Shown here piece by piece: positions 1 through 37,756 of a stretch of DNA of 64,000 bases. Numbering within the stretch: position 1 is the first letter of the stretch; each line of letters begins with the position of its first letter. The stretch is taken from assembly GCF_018977255.1 (NCBI RefSeq), contig NW_024704742.1, forward strand, positions 18,104,001-18,168,000, written 5' to 3'. The translations under genes and the position numbers were made by a program. Under the pieces are notes generated by a model. That model was given only the letters and a program-made list of their open reading frames with translations, was not told the origin of the DNA and did not search any database. Source of the stretch: Callorhinchus milii. Its lineage: Eukaryota.

Positions 1-367
1 GGTGGTTAAAACACTTGCCTCACAAGTGACAGGCCCTGAGTTCAATTTCTGGACAGAGTGAATCGTCGGACAAGTTTCCTTACTCCACACACCTTTGTTT
101 ACCCAGCAGTAAGTCGGAACCCAGTTTTTAGTTGATTCGTGAATCACTTTTCCGGGGGTAATAATCCATTCAAAGCAAAAATAAATTTTAAAAAATTTGA
201 TCACTCAGTCCATGACTATTTGTGGGATGCTGCTGTGCGCAATTAGCTGCCGCGTTTCGCCCACAAAGTATACAGTCAATTCACTTTACAGTGCATTCTG
301 CGATGCACTTTCAGTTGTCTCGAAGATGTGATAAGGCACAATATCAAATGCAAGGATTATTATTATT
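1..367 (+). mobile_element. tRNA-derived SINE (5'-truncated by the window edge) with L2-like 3' tail
   Basis: Shares the box B region, caagtttccttactccac core and atcaaatgcaaggattatt tail with the full copies. Confidence 0.8.
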
Positions 368-2999
368 AAATCAGTCAATCGTTAAGAAGACGAGATCTCA
401 AAGATCTAGTTAAAGCACTTTTATTCAGGCATCATTTACTCTGCATCCAGTTAGTTATGCCATACCTGACAATGGAGGCCCAAACTAGACAGTGTTTTAT
501 CTTGGATCAGCACAACAATTCACACAGAAACATTAACTCAGAAGATTCATGTTGAGAAGAAGAGCAGCAGAAAGCTTGTACTGGATGGAAGTGATGAAAG
601 TGGACACCATCATTGTTCCAGTGGAGCAGTGCCAGGATTTCCAAGTCAGCATGGTAAGCTTGTTGGTTTTACTTGTAAAATCAGTACAAACTTTACGAAT
701 ATATTATTTATACATGGCTTGCACATGTTTAACATGAATGATGCTTCAATTTAAAAAAAACTTTTGATGAAAAATGTAAACCTAACAAACTTTATGTATC
801 ACATACTTCACGTCACCATCCTTTTCTTCTTGCTTCTCATCTGTTTCATCTTTCTCAGCAGACGATGAAGATGTTCCCAGGAAAATGATTTGTCCCTGGT
901 CCAGGGAATGTCTCCCCATTCGAGTCAATGGAGTCGCTGCCATGAATCACCTTTATTTACTGAAAGAGGCTTCTGTCTTCACCACCTGTTATTGAAGGAC
1001 TGCCAACTCTTGCATGGTTTTGCATGGATGGGGGTGGGGGCAGTAGTGGGGGGTGGGGGGCAGAAAGCAGGGTGGTAAAATACACAGTGTTTTGGAGAAA
1101 CCAATGGTAAACACATTAAAAAACAGTGTGACAATGAGGGAGGGTTGGGTAGAAATAATAACTGAAACACTAATTAAAACTCCACAAGGTCCCCGAGGGA
1201 TATGGAAAACTGATAGGATTAGAATATGGCAATCATCAGTTTCAGTCTTTGCAAAATTGCTTTATGGAAATACCTTCACTGTCATTGCCCTTTCTCGATT
1301 TTGTTCATGCTGGTGATTGAAAAGCTGCACTTCTGGGTTGTCTGGTCAGACAGGAACAAATCTCTCAGGGCTAGGCTGGAGGTAGGAGGAGTAAAAGTAG
1401 CTTGGTATTTCTGACGTACTCCTTTGTTGTTTCAGAAACAGCTATACATAGAGAACAATTTATTACTCACAATGCAGGGCTATGAAGTTAATATTGTCTT
1501 CATCTGGAGCAGTTTCAAAGTTAGTTCACTGAATTAACTGTTTGCTTCTGGTTGCATAAGTGGCACAAGAAGTGACAGTGAAGGAAAAACAATGCTGAGA
1601 CCACCAACAACAACATTTTAACAACAAATTATATTTGTATCGCGCCTTTCACATCAGCAGGACTTCCCAAGACATTGAAATTTTACATTAGAATAGCACC
1701 TTGAGAGGATGCCTTAAAGTATACTGGTAACTTGTTGTACAATTCTTTACAATTGGGGAAAGATTTGCATTAGGACTAATTGTTTCATGAAAGGAATTTC
1801 CAGGATAAGAATCTAACATATGTGAAGAATGCATTGTGGAATTTAATTAAAAACGTCTGACAGTGAGTTACGATCAATACTAAGAGTGAAACAGACATTT
1901 TATCTCATTGCAGTATCTCACTTTGCTTTTTTATGTTTGATAAATAATTAAAATTAAATATGGTCAAACCTGTTAAAGCAACTACCTCTATTCAGCAACC
2001 ACCTGTTATCAACAACCACTCTGGAACAGTCCCAACTAATTTTCCATAATAAACCACCGCTATTCAGCATCCACCTGTTTAACGCAACCAGTGGCCGCTC
2101 TTTTTTTTGGCTCTGTCAGTGTACAGAGATTCTTTTCAGTGGCCAGTTCTAAGTCAATTTAAGTGTAATTTAACAGCAACAACTTGCATTCAAAACCTTC
2201 TACAGAACAATGCAAATGTAGTCGTCATCCTCTCCTCCTTCCCCTCACCTCGCTCCCCAGAAAGGTGGCTGGCAATTGGTCGGTCAGCCACGTGCGAGTG
2301 AGCATGTGTCTAATTGATGGAGGAGGACATTTCTGTTTGCAGTGTGTTTGGAGGCAACATGGCTTGAGCTCCGGGAGATGAGTCTCCTCTTATATTTAGT
2401 CTTGTTATATGAATAGTTTGGTTAATTGAATAATTTTCACTGTAAAATTGAGTATTCAATTAACAGAATTCACTGTATTAATATCCTAGAAACGCACAAT
2501 ATATTGCTTAGTTTTCTGGAATGCAATTTAATTGAGTATGACCTCCTTCCTGCCCTCCCTTTATTAACCCTGCCTCTCTCTGTTTACTCATTTGCCTGCT
2601 TCTTTAGGAACTGTTCAGTAAAGGGAAATGTGTTTTCATTAACTTAAAGTTTTAAAAGCCTCTGAAGCACATTACAGTTGTTAAACAAAAGTTAAAAAGC
2701 TTAGAAAAAGTACAAAAGTCATCCTGCAAATTCCTGTTAGAAGTCGTTTTGTGTTAGTAATGATGTCAGTCCGGATATGCTCTTGTCTCTGATAAGGATG
2801 TATTGCACAAATCTCTGCAATCTGCTGTCCTGGCTTCAACACTCTGGCTGAGAGATAGCAGAGGAGACAAAGATAATATTGAAAAGTGTTTATCGAAAAT
2901 TATTTGCTCAAAATATCAAGTTTGTTTATAAATGTTTGAATATTTGGTAGTTTTAATTTTTTTAGCCCTTGCATTCAGGAACTTTGCTTTTTTAACAGT

Positions 3000-3240
3000 C
3001 AGCATAGCTCAACTATGCCAACTCCGTGCTTGTCGGCCTTCCCAACTCTTCTCTCCACAAGCTGCAGATTATCCAGAGCTTTGCAGCTCTTGTTCTCTCC
3101 CACATCAGGCTCCATGACCCCATCACCCCCACCCTCTCTGCCCCCACCCTTTGGAACTCCATCCCATATTCCCTTCGTCTCGCTCCTTCCCTTGCCTCCT
3201 TCAAGGCATATCTCAAGACCCTCCTTATCAACCATGCCTA
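3000..3240 (+). mobile_element. L2-clade LINE 3' fragment
   Basis: [32 protein letters not shown] matches the other L2 copies here. Confidence 0.8.
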
Positions 3241-4795
3241 TACAAATATAATGTTGTATTGTACTGTATTGGATGCCTTTTCTTATGATATCCCATTGGA
3301 ATGCATTCAAAACTCTAGAAGTGACAGAGCCATTGCACTATCCGATTCCACAAGCATATTTTTATTTTTACTTCATTTCTCTCTTTTTCGCTGCCTACTG
3401 AAAGAACTCCAAGCATCAGTGTTCAAAAGGGTTTAAAAATGAAGAATGTATTGTCTTGCTTTGGGACAGATACACTACAAGAAGATGAATCGTGTATTCA
3501 AATAATGATTAGAAGGACCTTTGAAAATCGACGGAAGTTGATTCTTTGAGACTTATTTCATACATATTCTAGTTAAAAGTGGCAAGTTAATAGAACCAGC
3601 CCAGTATAGTGAATTCAGATCTCTCAGGCTCAATAAAATTCAATGAAGATGAAAGTTTAATTTAAAAAAAGTACATGCTACAGACTTTTTGTGGTGATTG
3701 AAGAGAAGGTTGTAATAATTATAATAAATTCTTGCATTTAATATAGCATCTTATCACATTGTTGTAACGTCTCAAAACATTTCTTAGGATTTTATTATAA
3801 GTAAAAAAGGCTGTGCAGGTGAACCAACAATGCACACAGCAATGTCCCAGAAACAGCTATGAGGTGAATTATTAATTTTACTTGGGGCAAAGTAACAATG
3901 TCCCACGAGGTACAGCCTCCACATTTACATCAAACGATCGGAGTATTCAAATCTGAATTATCTGATCAATGCTAAAAATAAGATTCTGTTTTTTTAAATA
4001 AGCTGGGGTTTTAATTTCTCTCAGAACCTGATGTGTACAACAGACCATTAATAACTTTTCAGAACATTGTGTTATAGAGTTACAATAAAAAGAGAGATGT
4101 AAGGTTTGATAAATGTAGTCATGACTGCCTTTAGTAAACAGGAAGTTTGGTATTGAGGCAAAGCAACAGAGTGCATGGATCACATTTCAAGTCAGTCAAC
4201 AGTTTCTGTCAGAACCAAGATAAGGGGCTCAAGCACTTAGGATACACAGGATGAATGTGTATCCTCTTCCCTGCTTCCAGCTACAGCTGAATATATTGTG
4301 AGATGGATGAGTTAAATGCAGATTTAAGTTGGCATTCTAACAGAGTGATCGGCAGATAAAACTGAAGGAAATGTGAGATTTAGAATTGTTTCCATTTTTG
4401 AAATGCCTGGAAGTTATGTGACTGAGAAATCTGCAGTCAGGAGCCAATCATTAGGCTGCCTGGAGTCAGGCATATTGACTGGAGCATCCGGTTTGGGATA
4501 CTGGCAGTGAGATTGTGGATGAATACAGATGCATTAGGGATTGAAACTGCCAAGTACATTACATGTGGGACCCTTAGAGTCAACGTAGAGATGAGAGAGT
4601 TATCGTGTTAATCAGCTTGGCTTTTCACTAGAGGCTTTCCACTTTTCACTGAGGAGCCCCAGCAGTAAGTTCTTTAATTTAGTTTGAGGAATGTGTCTGC
4701 TGCAGCCTCCCTGTCCACTATTTAATTGTGAGTTACTGATAACTCAATCATTACATGTAACCATTCTGATGTTGTTTGCCAATTATTTTCTGTAG

Positions 4796-28783
<23,988 letters not shown>

Positions 28784-29050
28784 GTACGAGTGGCTCCTCT
28801 GTTGCTTTGAAGTGATCTGCTGAAAGGTCTTGCATATCGTGAGTGCAACAAAGTGCAGAGCTTCAGGACTTTGATTATTGTCTTTAGATGCGAAAGGTAA
28901 GCAGCTACATTGAAGCTTCCTTTTCAGCTCACCTGCACAAACCCTGCCCTCAGCTCACTCTGCCTATTTACTGAACCGATAGCCTGACATTTTGATCCCT
29001 ACCTCAGCTGAAATACCAGCCAGAACCACCACACTTCACATCTAATTAAC

Positions 29051-29056
29051 AATAAA
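29051..29056 (+). terminator. candidate polyadenylation signal of the SH3TC gene
   Basis: AATAAA ~270 nt after the stop codon, followed by T/GT-rich sequence. Confidence 0.45.
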
Positions 29057-31949
29057 AGCTTTGCCGCAGCCTCTTTGTTCAATATTCATTCTTGTTAAAA
29101 AATATATTCTTGGAAAGTGTTTGTACATAACTTGGTAACTTTGCACCTTTGTGAGCTGGGCAGTTGTAACAAGCTTATTGTTAAAAAAAACTTTATACTT
29201 AATGTGCAGTGAGTGCAGTTGGATCTGCAGTTAAAGAAGAAAATCTTCAATATTCAGCAGGGTTGAGCCAAGACCATTCTTCACTTTATAAGTGAAATTG
29301 CTCAATTTGGCTTCATGTGTGATACTCAAGGCATGTAACAACTCCTGCTAATTGTGGAAAATGGGAAATGTAGAACTGTTTTGTGAGTGAATTTCAACTG
29401 CAGCATGCAGCCTGGGAAAGCAATACAATAGTTGAAGTTTGAGATTTTCCCCCATGGAAGGATGAGCTAGACCACAGCAGCATATGACACACTCTCGACT
29501 TGTTAAAGCTGGAGTGTTGAAGTCACTTATAATAAATATATATTTATATATATATCTTGCATTTGATATAGCGCTTTTCACGTCTTCTAGACTTAATCAA
29601 CTTAATTAGACTTAATCACGTTAAGTTTACTTGATAATTAACCAGACATTATACATTGGATAGGTTGACCCTAACAATTTCTGAAGATAATTTTGCTGGT
29701 TATCTGTTTCTTAGAATTTCTTTTTTTTTAAAAACAAGGTCCCTTCAAGCAAGTTGTGTGTGAATGACACTGCTGGATTTTGCAGCAGGCACAGGGCTCA
29801 GATTACTTCTGGTCAGAAAATGGCTCTGTAAACAAGCATTTATCATTGCCTCCAGTGTTTGTTTGTGGGGTAGCCTAGAAGCCACTTCCAATTGGATTTC
29901 AAGTGCCCCACAAATAACAGAGCCCCCTGCTTTATAGTGCAAAACTGCTACCAAAGCCAAAGTGAGGAGTCTCCATCAGTGGCAGTGCTGCAGTTTGTGT
30001 TGTTTTAGCTGCACCACTGCTTGCGAGCTGACACCAACAATTTACACTTATATGCCATCTTTCATGTCAAGAGAGTGTCTCAAAGCATTTTGAAAGACAG
30101 TATGGGAGGCTGAGCTGGGAAGGAGATGGGGACAGTGGAGGGTGGGGGGTGAAGTTGCAGCTGGTCGAAGGTGCAGTTAAAGAGAAACTTCTTTAAAAGT
30201 CTTTTCAAAATAGAGATAGAGTGGGGATGAAGCAAAGGATTTTAGAAGAGTTTCAGAAGACTCGTCCAGAATGATTCAAGCAAACTGATCATAATAGCTG
30301 ATCTGTAAAAGTATATTTCATCCCTTTATTTGTGCAAATCCTACTATGATCATCTTTTATAATATTCACACTCACTATAGATAGCACAAACCTACATTTA
30401 GTTACATTAGGCCTGACCGAAAACTTTACTTTTACCAATGAATGCTGATTACTGGAGTTTTGAAGTTTTGATGTAATTCTTTCCCTGTCAATACTATCCC
30501 AAGGAAACTTACAACCACAATCTATGTTTCCATTCTGAGCGATAATGTAAAGAATAATTGAATTGTGGTTCATTGAAATGTTCTTAGGCCTCATGTTTGG
30601 AAGACTTTGTATAATTAAACTAAACAAGAGAAATGATTTAGATTTTCTCAGTCTATTACATGATCTAAACATTTCAGTTTTGGCATTTTCTCTGGGTAAC
30701 TCTGCTTTTTTTGTCTATTTACAAAATGTAGCTGCCAGTCATTTCTTTTAGGCAGCAAGTAGGTTGCTAAAGGAACCAAAAAGGCATCCCAATGCGTTAT
30801 ATCATTCAATAAAGCAGACTTTTGTTTTTATTGTTGAAAGCCGATGGCAGGCAAATATTGTAGAAGACCACCACTTGGTTACTCCCAGTTGTGTTTAACT
30901 CTTTCTAACACGCTGGTGAATGTTTGGACATTTCTGCAAATTTTGGTTTGGCTCCCAAGTTGCTTTTATGCCAGAAACATTATCATATGATACTTTTGAA
31001 ATATTGGTGTATAGGTTTGTTGTTGAGTGAATTAATCAAAGCTAATCTGGCATTGAGGGTTTGCACATTTTCCATTGCTGCTGCTCGTGTTGCTGAAGAC
31101 TGGAACACTGAATAGGAAGCCAGCACTAAGTACTTGGAATTCTTCTTAGATTTGGATTTGCTGCTTGGAGTTTGGGTTTGATCCAACAGACTTTCATTAA
31201 GGCAGGAACCAAAGATTTTCATTAAGAGAGGATAAGAAGGGCACATCATAGGTGATATTTGCAATGTTTCTTAATGTCTTCAATATGATAAATAATACAT
31301 TGATCACATTGTGAAATGCAGCTGATTTCATCCGCACATTTCATAAATTGCTGGAAATCCTCAAGCTGCTGACTTTCAAGCTGATTTGTTAGAAAGTCAG
31401 GCTGAAAATGTTAATATTCAGCCTTACTCAACACTAAATAATGTGTGATATTAATAAAAGGATAATGCTCTTGTGGAATTAGTTACAATATCTGGGAAAT
31501 CTTTGAACCAAATAGTATAAAGGTGTTCATGAGCTGACGAGGTGTGTTTTTGGAAAGAGAAGTGATTGAGGGGTGAGGGTAAGAAGAGGTGGTAGATGAG
31601 TTCTGAATTATCAAGAGAACAAGACCCTTTCCTGTCCCAAAAAATGTGTGTCCAGAAGTGCTCTGTCCTTGATGTCATTTTGTAGCTATGCCATTTAAAA
31701 GGAAAAAGATGGCTTGCACAGGCTTCCTGGTGTCTGCCATTCACCTTATGAGGGCTCAAACTTGTGCTTGTTGAAAGTCAAATGACTAAGTAGTCATTAT
31801 CCTCCTGATGTATGTGTGTGTGTGTGGAGAGGGGGGTGTGGTGGTGGGTAGATAAGTGGGGTTTCCTTGGAGCTGGTGACATGTTTCGTATTGGCACGCC
31901 AGAATTGAGCCCAACCTCTGTGGCAGTCACGGTAGTCCAGTTTCTGAGC

Positions 31950-32237
31950 CAAGTGGGTCCTCAGTACTCTCAGCACTGCTGATGACAGCACAGCCAGACT
32001 GGCTCATCGTCAGGGCTTGGAAGGACAGACCAGTTACTAGGGACAGTGACTCTTCCCACTCAGCTCCCACTCAGCAAACCAAAGCCCTAATAGGTAGGAT
32101 GGTCCTGGCTGGAGAAGCAGCAGGAAAGCTTGCAGGATAGTGCTCTCAATGGCAAGCTACGCATGCAGTTTTAGATGGTTAGATTCTAGCAGTACCCCAC
32201 TGCACACTCTGGGGTCCCCAAGCCTTGGCTCTTGCCA
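31950..32237 (+). repeat. dispersed repeat of unrecognised family, copy 2
   Basis: Colinear with 20770-20995, with ~70 extra bp near the 3' end. Confidence 0.85.
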
Positions 32238-35200
32238 ATCTGCGATTAATACTTTCTGGAATTAGCTAAGCAGGATGTGTCCTCCAGGGAGAGACTGTTC
32301 ATTGCATTCCAATAAGTATCTCTGGAATTTTATGTGTAGGTGCGATGCATGGAACTCTCAGTTTGATTTAGATATCTTAAGCATGGTAATGGGTAAGAGA
32401 CCTATTCATTCAATTCCATTCTCCAGTCAGTTCCCTATATTCTTATATTTTTCCTTTTCAGATGTTTATGTAATTCTCTTCACAAGAGATAGCATGTTTC
32501 ATTTCACATGAGATGCCATGAGAGATTCAGAAGAAACTTGCACTTTGTCCCCTTTGATATCACCCTTTCAGCATAGCCACCCTATCACCTTCCTATTACA
32601 GCAGCAACAGAATGTGCTCACAATCAAGGTTGGTAAATTTATCAACAAGCACAGAATAACTCTCAGATGGTTGAAAGAACAAGCATTTTAGAAGCTCAGT
32701 GATAACAAGGGAAATCAGTGATTGGGTCAATAAACCTTGGAGATACTGCAGGTGCTGTTCTTTGAAGGCTAGTTTTCCATGAAATGATTTGGACATTAAT
32801 AGCAATGCACATTGCTGTCTTTGTAGAACAGTTAAAATGCCAAGTTTTTATTACACTGCCCATTCTTAAGCTTGGTGCCAGCACCTTTGAGTTGATTTAG
32901 AGCCATTCAATCAGATGTTATAAAAATATAAAATAACAATTTTCTTCTGATCAAAATGTCTAAATAGAATAAATTGTCCAATTTTTTTAAAAAGTATGTA
33001 ATTTTGCAAATATATGGTGTTTCATGTACATTTTTTGCTTGCAGAATTTTTTTTTGTTCTGTGCATAATGCCAAAACTTAATTATCAATTACATATGCAT
33101 AGCTTTGTATGATTTCTGGAGGTCTTTCTGTGAATTATCAAAGTTCAATTCATTTTGAAAAGTACAAAATGCCCCAGCTAATCAATAAGCACATTTTAGT
33201 TTCAGCATAAATGCTTGAATTAACTTGTTTTAAATAACTGAGATAATGATTTGTTTCCAGTGAGTGAATTCACTGATATATCAGCCAAAAATCCATTGAG
33301 ATTTTGTGACACATATTCAATTTCAAGATGTTTGTTCCTGATGTACTGAAATCCAGAAAAAAGGTCTGATGATTGACATGATGATGTGTTGAATAATACA
33401 GAATTAAAAAATATCCATTTAATTTAAAGTTCAGTAAACTTTGTATTTTTGTATTCCAAAAGTAAAAAAGATAAGACCTTCTCATTTCAGGTGAATAGGA
33501 ACAACAACAACTAACAAATTACATTTCTATAGCAGCTTTCACATTAGGAGGACATCCCAAGGTACTAAAACAAGAGGAGTTAATCCATTTAGCTTCTTAA
33601 GCCTGTTCCACCTGGCTTAGTTGGTAACACTCTCGACTCTGAATCAAAAGGTTGTCGTATTGTGTCCAGTAGAACTTGAACTCACATAGTCTAGCCTGAC
33701 ACTCCTAATCATTGCTGGGGTGGGGGGGGGTGGGGTTGCATTGTCGGAGGTGCCTTTACCTCTTATTATCTTTCCTTCACAAATGTCCGTCCATCCGTCC
33801 TTTAAAAAAACGTCTGTTCTTTAAGAAGCAGTTCAACATGCAAGCATTTGCCTTTTCACTTGTAAATTGCTATCAGGTTATTAAAGGAGCGTGGAGAGGA
33901 AGAACAATGTCATTTGCTTCATTTTTCTAAACTTTCCTTATCTTCCAAAGTTATGATACAACTTAGAGCCAAAATGTCACAGAAATGTACGACACAGAAG
34001 AGAAGAGGCCTTCCAGCCCATTGTGTCTATGCCAGCTCTCTTTAGAGCAATGCTTTCAGTCCCTACTTACCTGCCCTTTCACCATACTCCCGTAGCTGAC
34101 TCTTTTTAACGATAGAACTTTAAAACGCAATGATTTTGACATGAAAACTACTCAGTATTCTATCAGGATATTCACAGCATAACTTACCTCAGAATGTACC
34201 TGATTAATATGGTGAATAGTGCAAAATAGTAGAAAACGTTAGATTTCAAACTGTGATAATTATCGCGTCACATTTTTCACCATGTTTCAAAATTGGAGCC
34301 AGTAATGTTATTTTCTTTCATTAAATAATGAACAGACTTCAGAAAATGCACAGGGATAGGGGATTTTTAGTGCCTCACAATACATACAGAGATTACTTAC
34401 TTAATTTGCAATGATTTTTCAGTATGCTTTAGAACAGAAATGAGCAAAAGCATATTCTTGTATAAATCCTGATAGTAATTAACTATCCCTCAATTTCTTT
34501 GAAAAGATACGAAGATATTTTAAGAGAAGGCAGTCATTTAAACTTTAGTATAATGAGCAGTCAGGCACCTATTCCCTAAATGCATGGCTGTCAAAAGATT
34601 TTTCTGGCTCAGACTGATTGATTGCGGTCTTAAGAATTTTCTAATCCAGTACAATTCTTTTTTAAAAATATGCTAAACTTATACCTTAGAGCAAGCTTTT
34701 CATGACAGACAAGCTATTTTAAATATATCTAACATTTCAGTGTGAGACCTAATGGATCTGTAATGATCAATTGAGTAATAAGAAGTCAAATCACTGCTTG
34801 GAACTTCAAGTGTTTAATGCTGTGTTTATATTTCTTGGTGTGAATTTGCTTGTTCTTTGGCCATCCAATTCAATCCCTTGAGAACTTTCAAATGATCTTT
34901 CAACATTTATGAATGTTGCATTTACAACATTTACACTACACCCCAAAACACAAAAAAAGGTGATGTAAGGTGCAAGGCTCCAGCAGAATTCACATGCAGT
35001 GATTAATATTAAATCTATCAACAGTTTGTCACAGGGCCATACAGACCTTTCAAAGCATACATTGCAAACAAATCAGATAACATTTCAATGCACTAGGGAC
35101 AGTACCCCATATATTACTAGGTCATTTTTTGTTAGTTTATTCAAAAATAAAATGCTCTTCCTGCATTCTGAACAAAAAGTGGGCTGTAGAAATATTTAAC

Positions 35201-37756
35201 TTGTGACTTTGCCTTTTTGCTGAGCATTTGTTCTTCCATGTTGAATTTGAGGTTGCAGGAGGTCACTTTGGACAGTTTGAACTCTTTAGCTGTGTTGCGT
35301 AACACAGAGGTTTAGCTCGTAAAACAAAACATTTTTGTATTAACTGTTCTGTTTGCTAACTCTTTCGTTCATTGCTTATAATGGAATTTCCAAAGAGAAG
35401 AATGAAGATATTTAATGAACAGTACATGTTGTCATCCTATTCAGAATGTGCTCTAATAAGGGAAAGCCATTTTGAAAAATTTAGCAAAAGGTTTGCCAAC
35501 TGAGCACACTTGTTTAAAAATCCCAAGGAGTTATTGAACAGCAGCCTTTTTTTTAAATAGGGTAGAAATATTTTTTAATTATATACAAAAAAAACTCTTA
35601 AGAAGTTCCTAAATAGCTTTAATTTTTAACAGTTGAGAGATATGTTTTCATTAAGATCAACAAAGTTGAGGTCTGTCTCTTTTACACTGGTTTTATAACA
35701 GGATCAGGCAGAATTCTACCCTATGGTGGGCAGTAGGCCAATAACCCGACAACAGACAGCTAATTGGAAAATTGTTTAAAAATGAAGGTAATTTACAACA
35801 ACAACAAAATTACATTTATAGAGCGCCTTTAATTAAAAATGTGACTGGAGAAAGCCTGATACTGATTTGGTATTGAAGACAAAGAAAGCATACACTTGTA
35901 GCAGAACTGAACCATTCCATTTTACAATGAATGTCACTGTAACTTTGTTTTTGGCAGAAGAAATAAGCACTGGAACCCAAGTGTATCATTTAATAGATTT
36001 ATTTATGTTGTACATTAATGTTTATATGTCAGTGTTATGTTAAACAATGTACATGTACCCTTTGGGGAAATAAATTGGCATTTTAATATTGTACTTCGTG
36101 AAGATAGATTAAAGGAATGTTCAATACCGTGTTTCATTTGTCATTGGGTGTTCATTTTAATATGTACAAAGTTCAAACTGATAGCAGATTCTCAGGATAA
36201 ACTAGAACAACACTTTCGAATTACATTTGATCTTTCACATGTAAATAAGAAAGTTGCAAAATTTTACTTTAGGTTTCTATTAGTTTCTTTTAGTAAAGCA
36301 GGTTTTTACACACTGAATTCATTGCTGTTTGTAATGAGTGCCACAACAGTGAGCTAAATCACCTTAGCCACACATCTCTGTGCTATTTACTTTTATACGT
36401 TCATGCTTTGTAATGCTGTTAATAACTAATATTATAGCAATAAAGCTATTCAAATACTAGGCCAGGAGTAGCTGTATTACTGCAATGTATATATTTTAAA
36501 TATGGTCACTCAATCCACGACTGTTTGTGGGACACTGATGTGCGCAATTGCTGCCGCATTTCGTCCACAAAATATGCAGTCCATTCACTTTACAGTATAT
36601 TCTGTAAAGAGCTTTGAGACGTCTAAAGGACGTGATAAGGCGCCCTATCAAATAATCAAGGATTATTATTATTATAAACTACCTAAGCATTTAAAATAAA
36701 GCAATTAAAATAAGTACTTTGGAATATCCACCCAACCTGAAAGGCACTATATTGAATCCAAGGATTATCATTATTTCAAGTAAAAAATAAAAAAAACACA
36801 TCTTAATTCATTTTGTCATATCCTTATCCCCATTCTACCTTCTATACTTAATTTTCTTTTTTTTTAGTTTTTCTAACACATTTTAGTTTCCTTTGTATTT
36901 TCCAGCCATTTTCTAAATGTAGTAATGTTTTATTTTCTTCTTCATAGAATCATAGAAATATACAACGCAGAAGGAGGCTGTTCATCCCATTGATTCTGCA
37001 TCTGGTCTCAGAGCAAGCCATCCATCCAATCCCATTACCCTGCCCTATCTTGGTCAGAGAGGTCTGAACCACCAGGCATCACACAGGGCTCACACACTGG
37101 ATACTTGATGAGAAAATGCAGCTATGATCCAGGCTTAACACTAATAACAATTTATATGCAATCCTTCCTGCAAAGTCCAATTGTTTTTGAAGCTCATACC
37201 ACTGGAGATAAAAAAAATAATAAATATGTGTATCTTGTGCCGATCGCTAAAAATAGCAATCTTTTCATTAGGTCTTTACAATGGGAAATCTATTAAAATG
37301 ACATCATGAAAAAACTGTTGCTTTCAGTGTAAGAGATCCCAACTTGTTAAATCCCAAAGTCATACGTGGGATTTCTGTTGATCTGCCAATCAGTGAAATC
37401 TACACCAATCCTGATATAATTTTAATTTAAACATTTAATCTTCTTTGTTGCTGTTACTGATCTGTTAACAACTTGCCCTGTTCTATGTTACTCTCTGTGT
37501 TGTGTAACCTCATCAATAGGATGGAGGAAATCTGGTCCAGGTGCTTGAATTCCTCGCAACTTCCAGTGCTCGGAATGCCGCTGACTGCAGCTTCCTCAGA
37601 TGGCCTGGAGCCAGAAGCTTCACTGCTTTGTTCCCTTGACATCAAATCTGTCAGATCCAGTGAATGGGTCATTTCAACTATGAGAGGTCTCACACCTACC
37701 CCCACCCCCTGAAGCAACTCCTAATGTAGTCACTCAAGGAAATGAGCACCAGATCC

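Noticed and set aside
30289-31264. Two minus-strand ORFs (127 and 93 aa) in the intergenic gap
   Set aside because: No recognisable domain, no convincing splice structure and no EGF cysteine pattern; probably chance ORFs
37454-37717. Overlapping ORFs on both strands as a VWA2 last exon
   Set aside because: Not reachable in frame from either VWA3 donor, and no EGF homology; more likely 3' UTR
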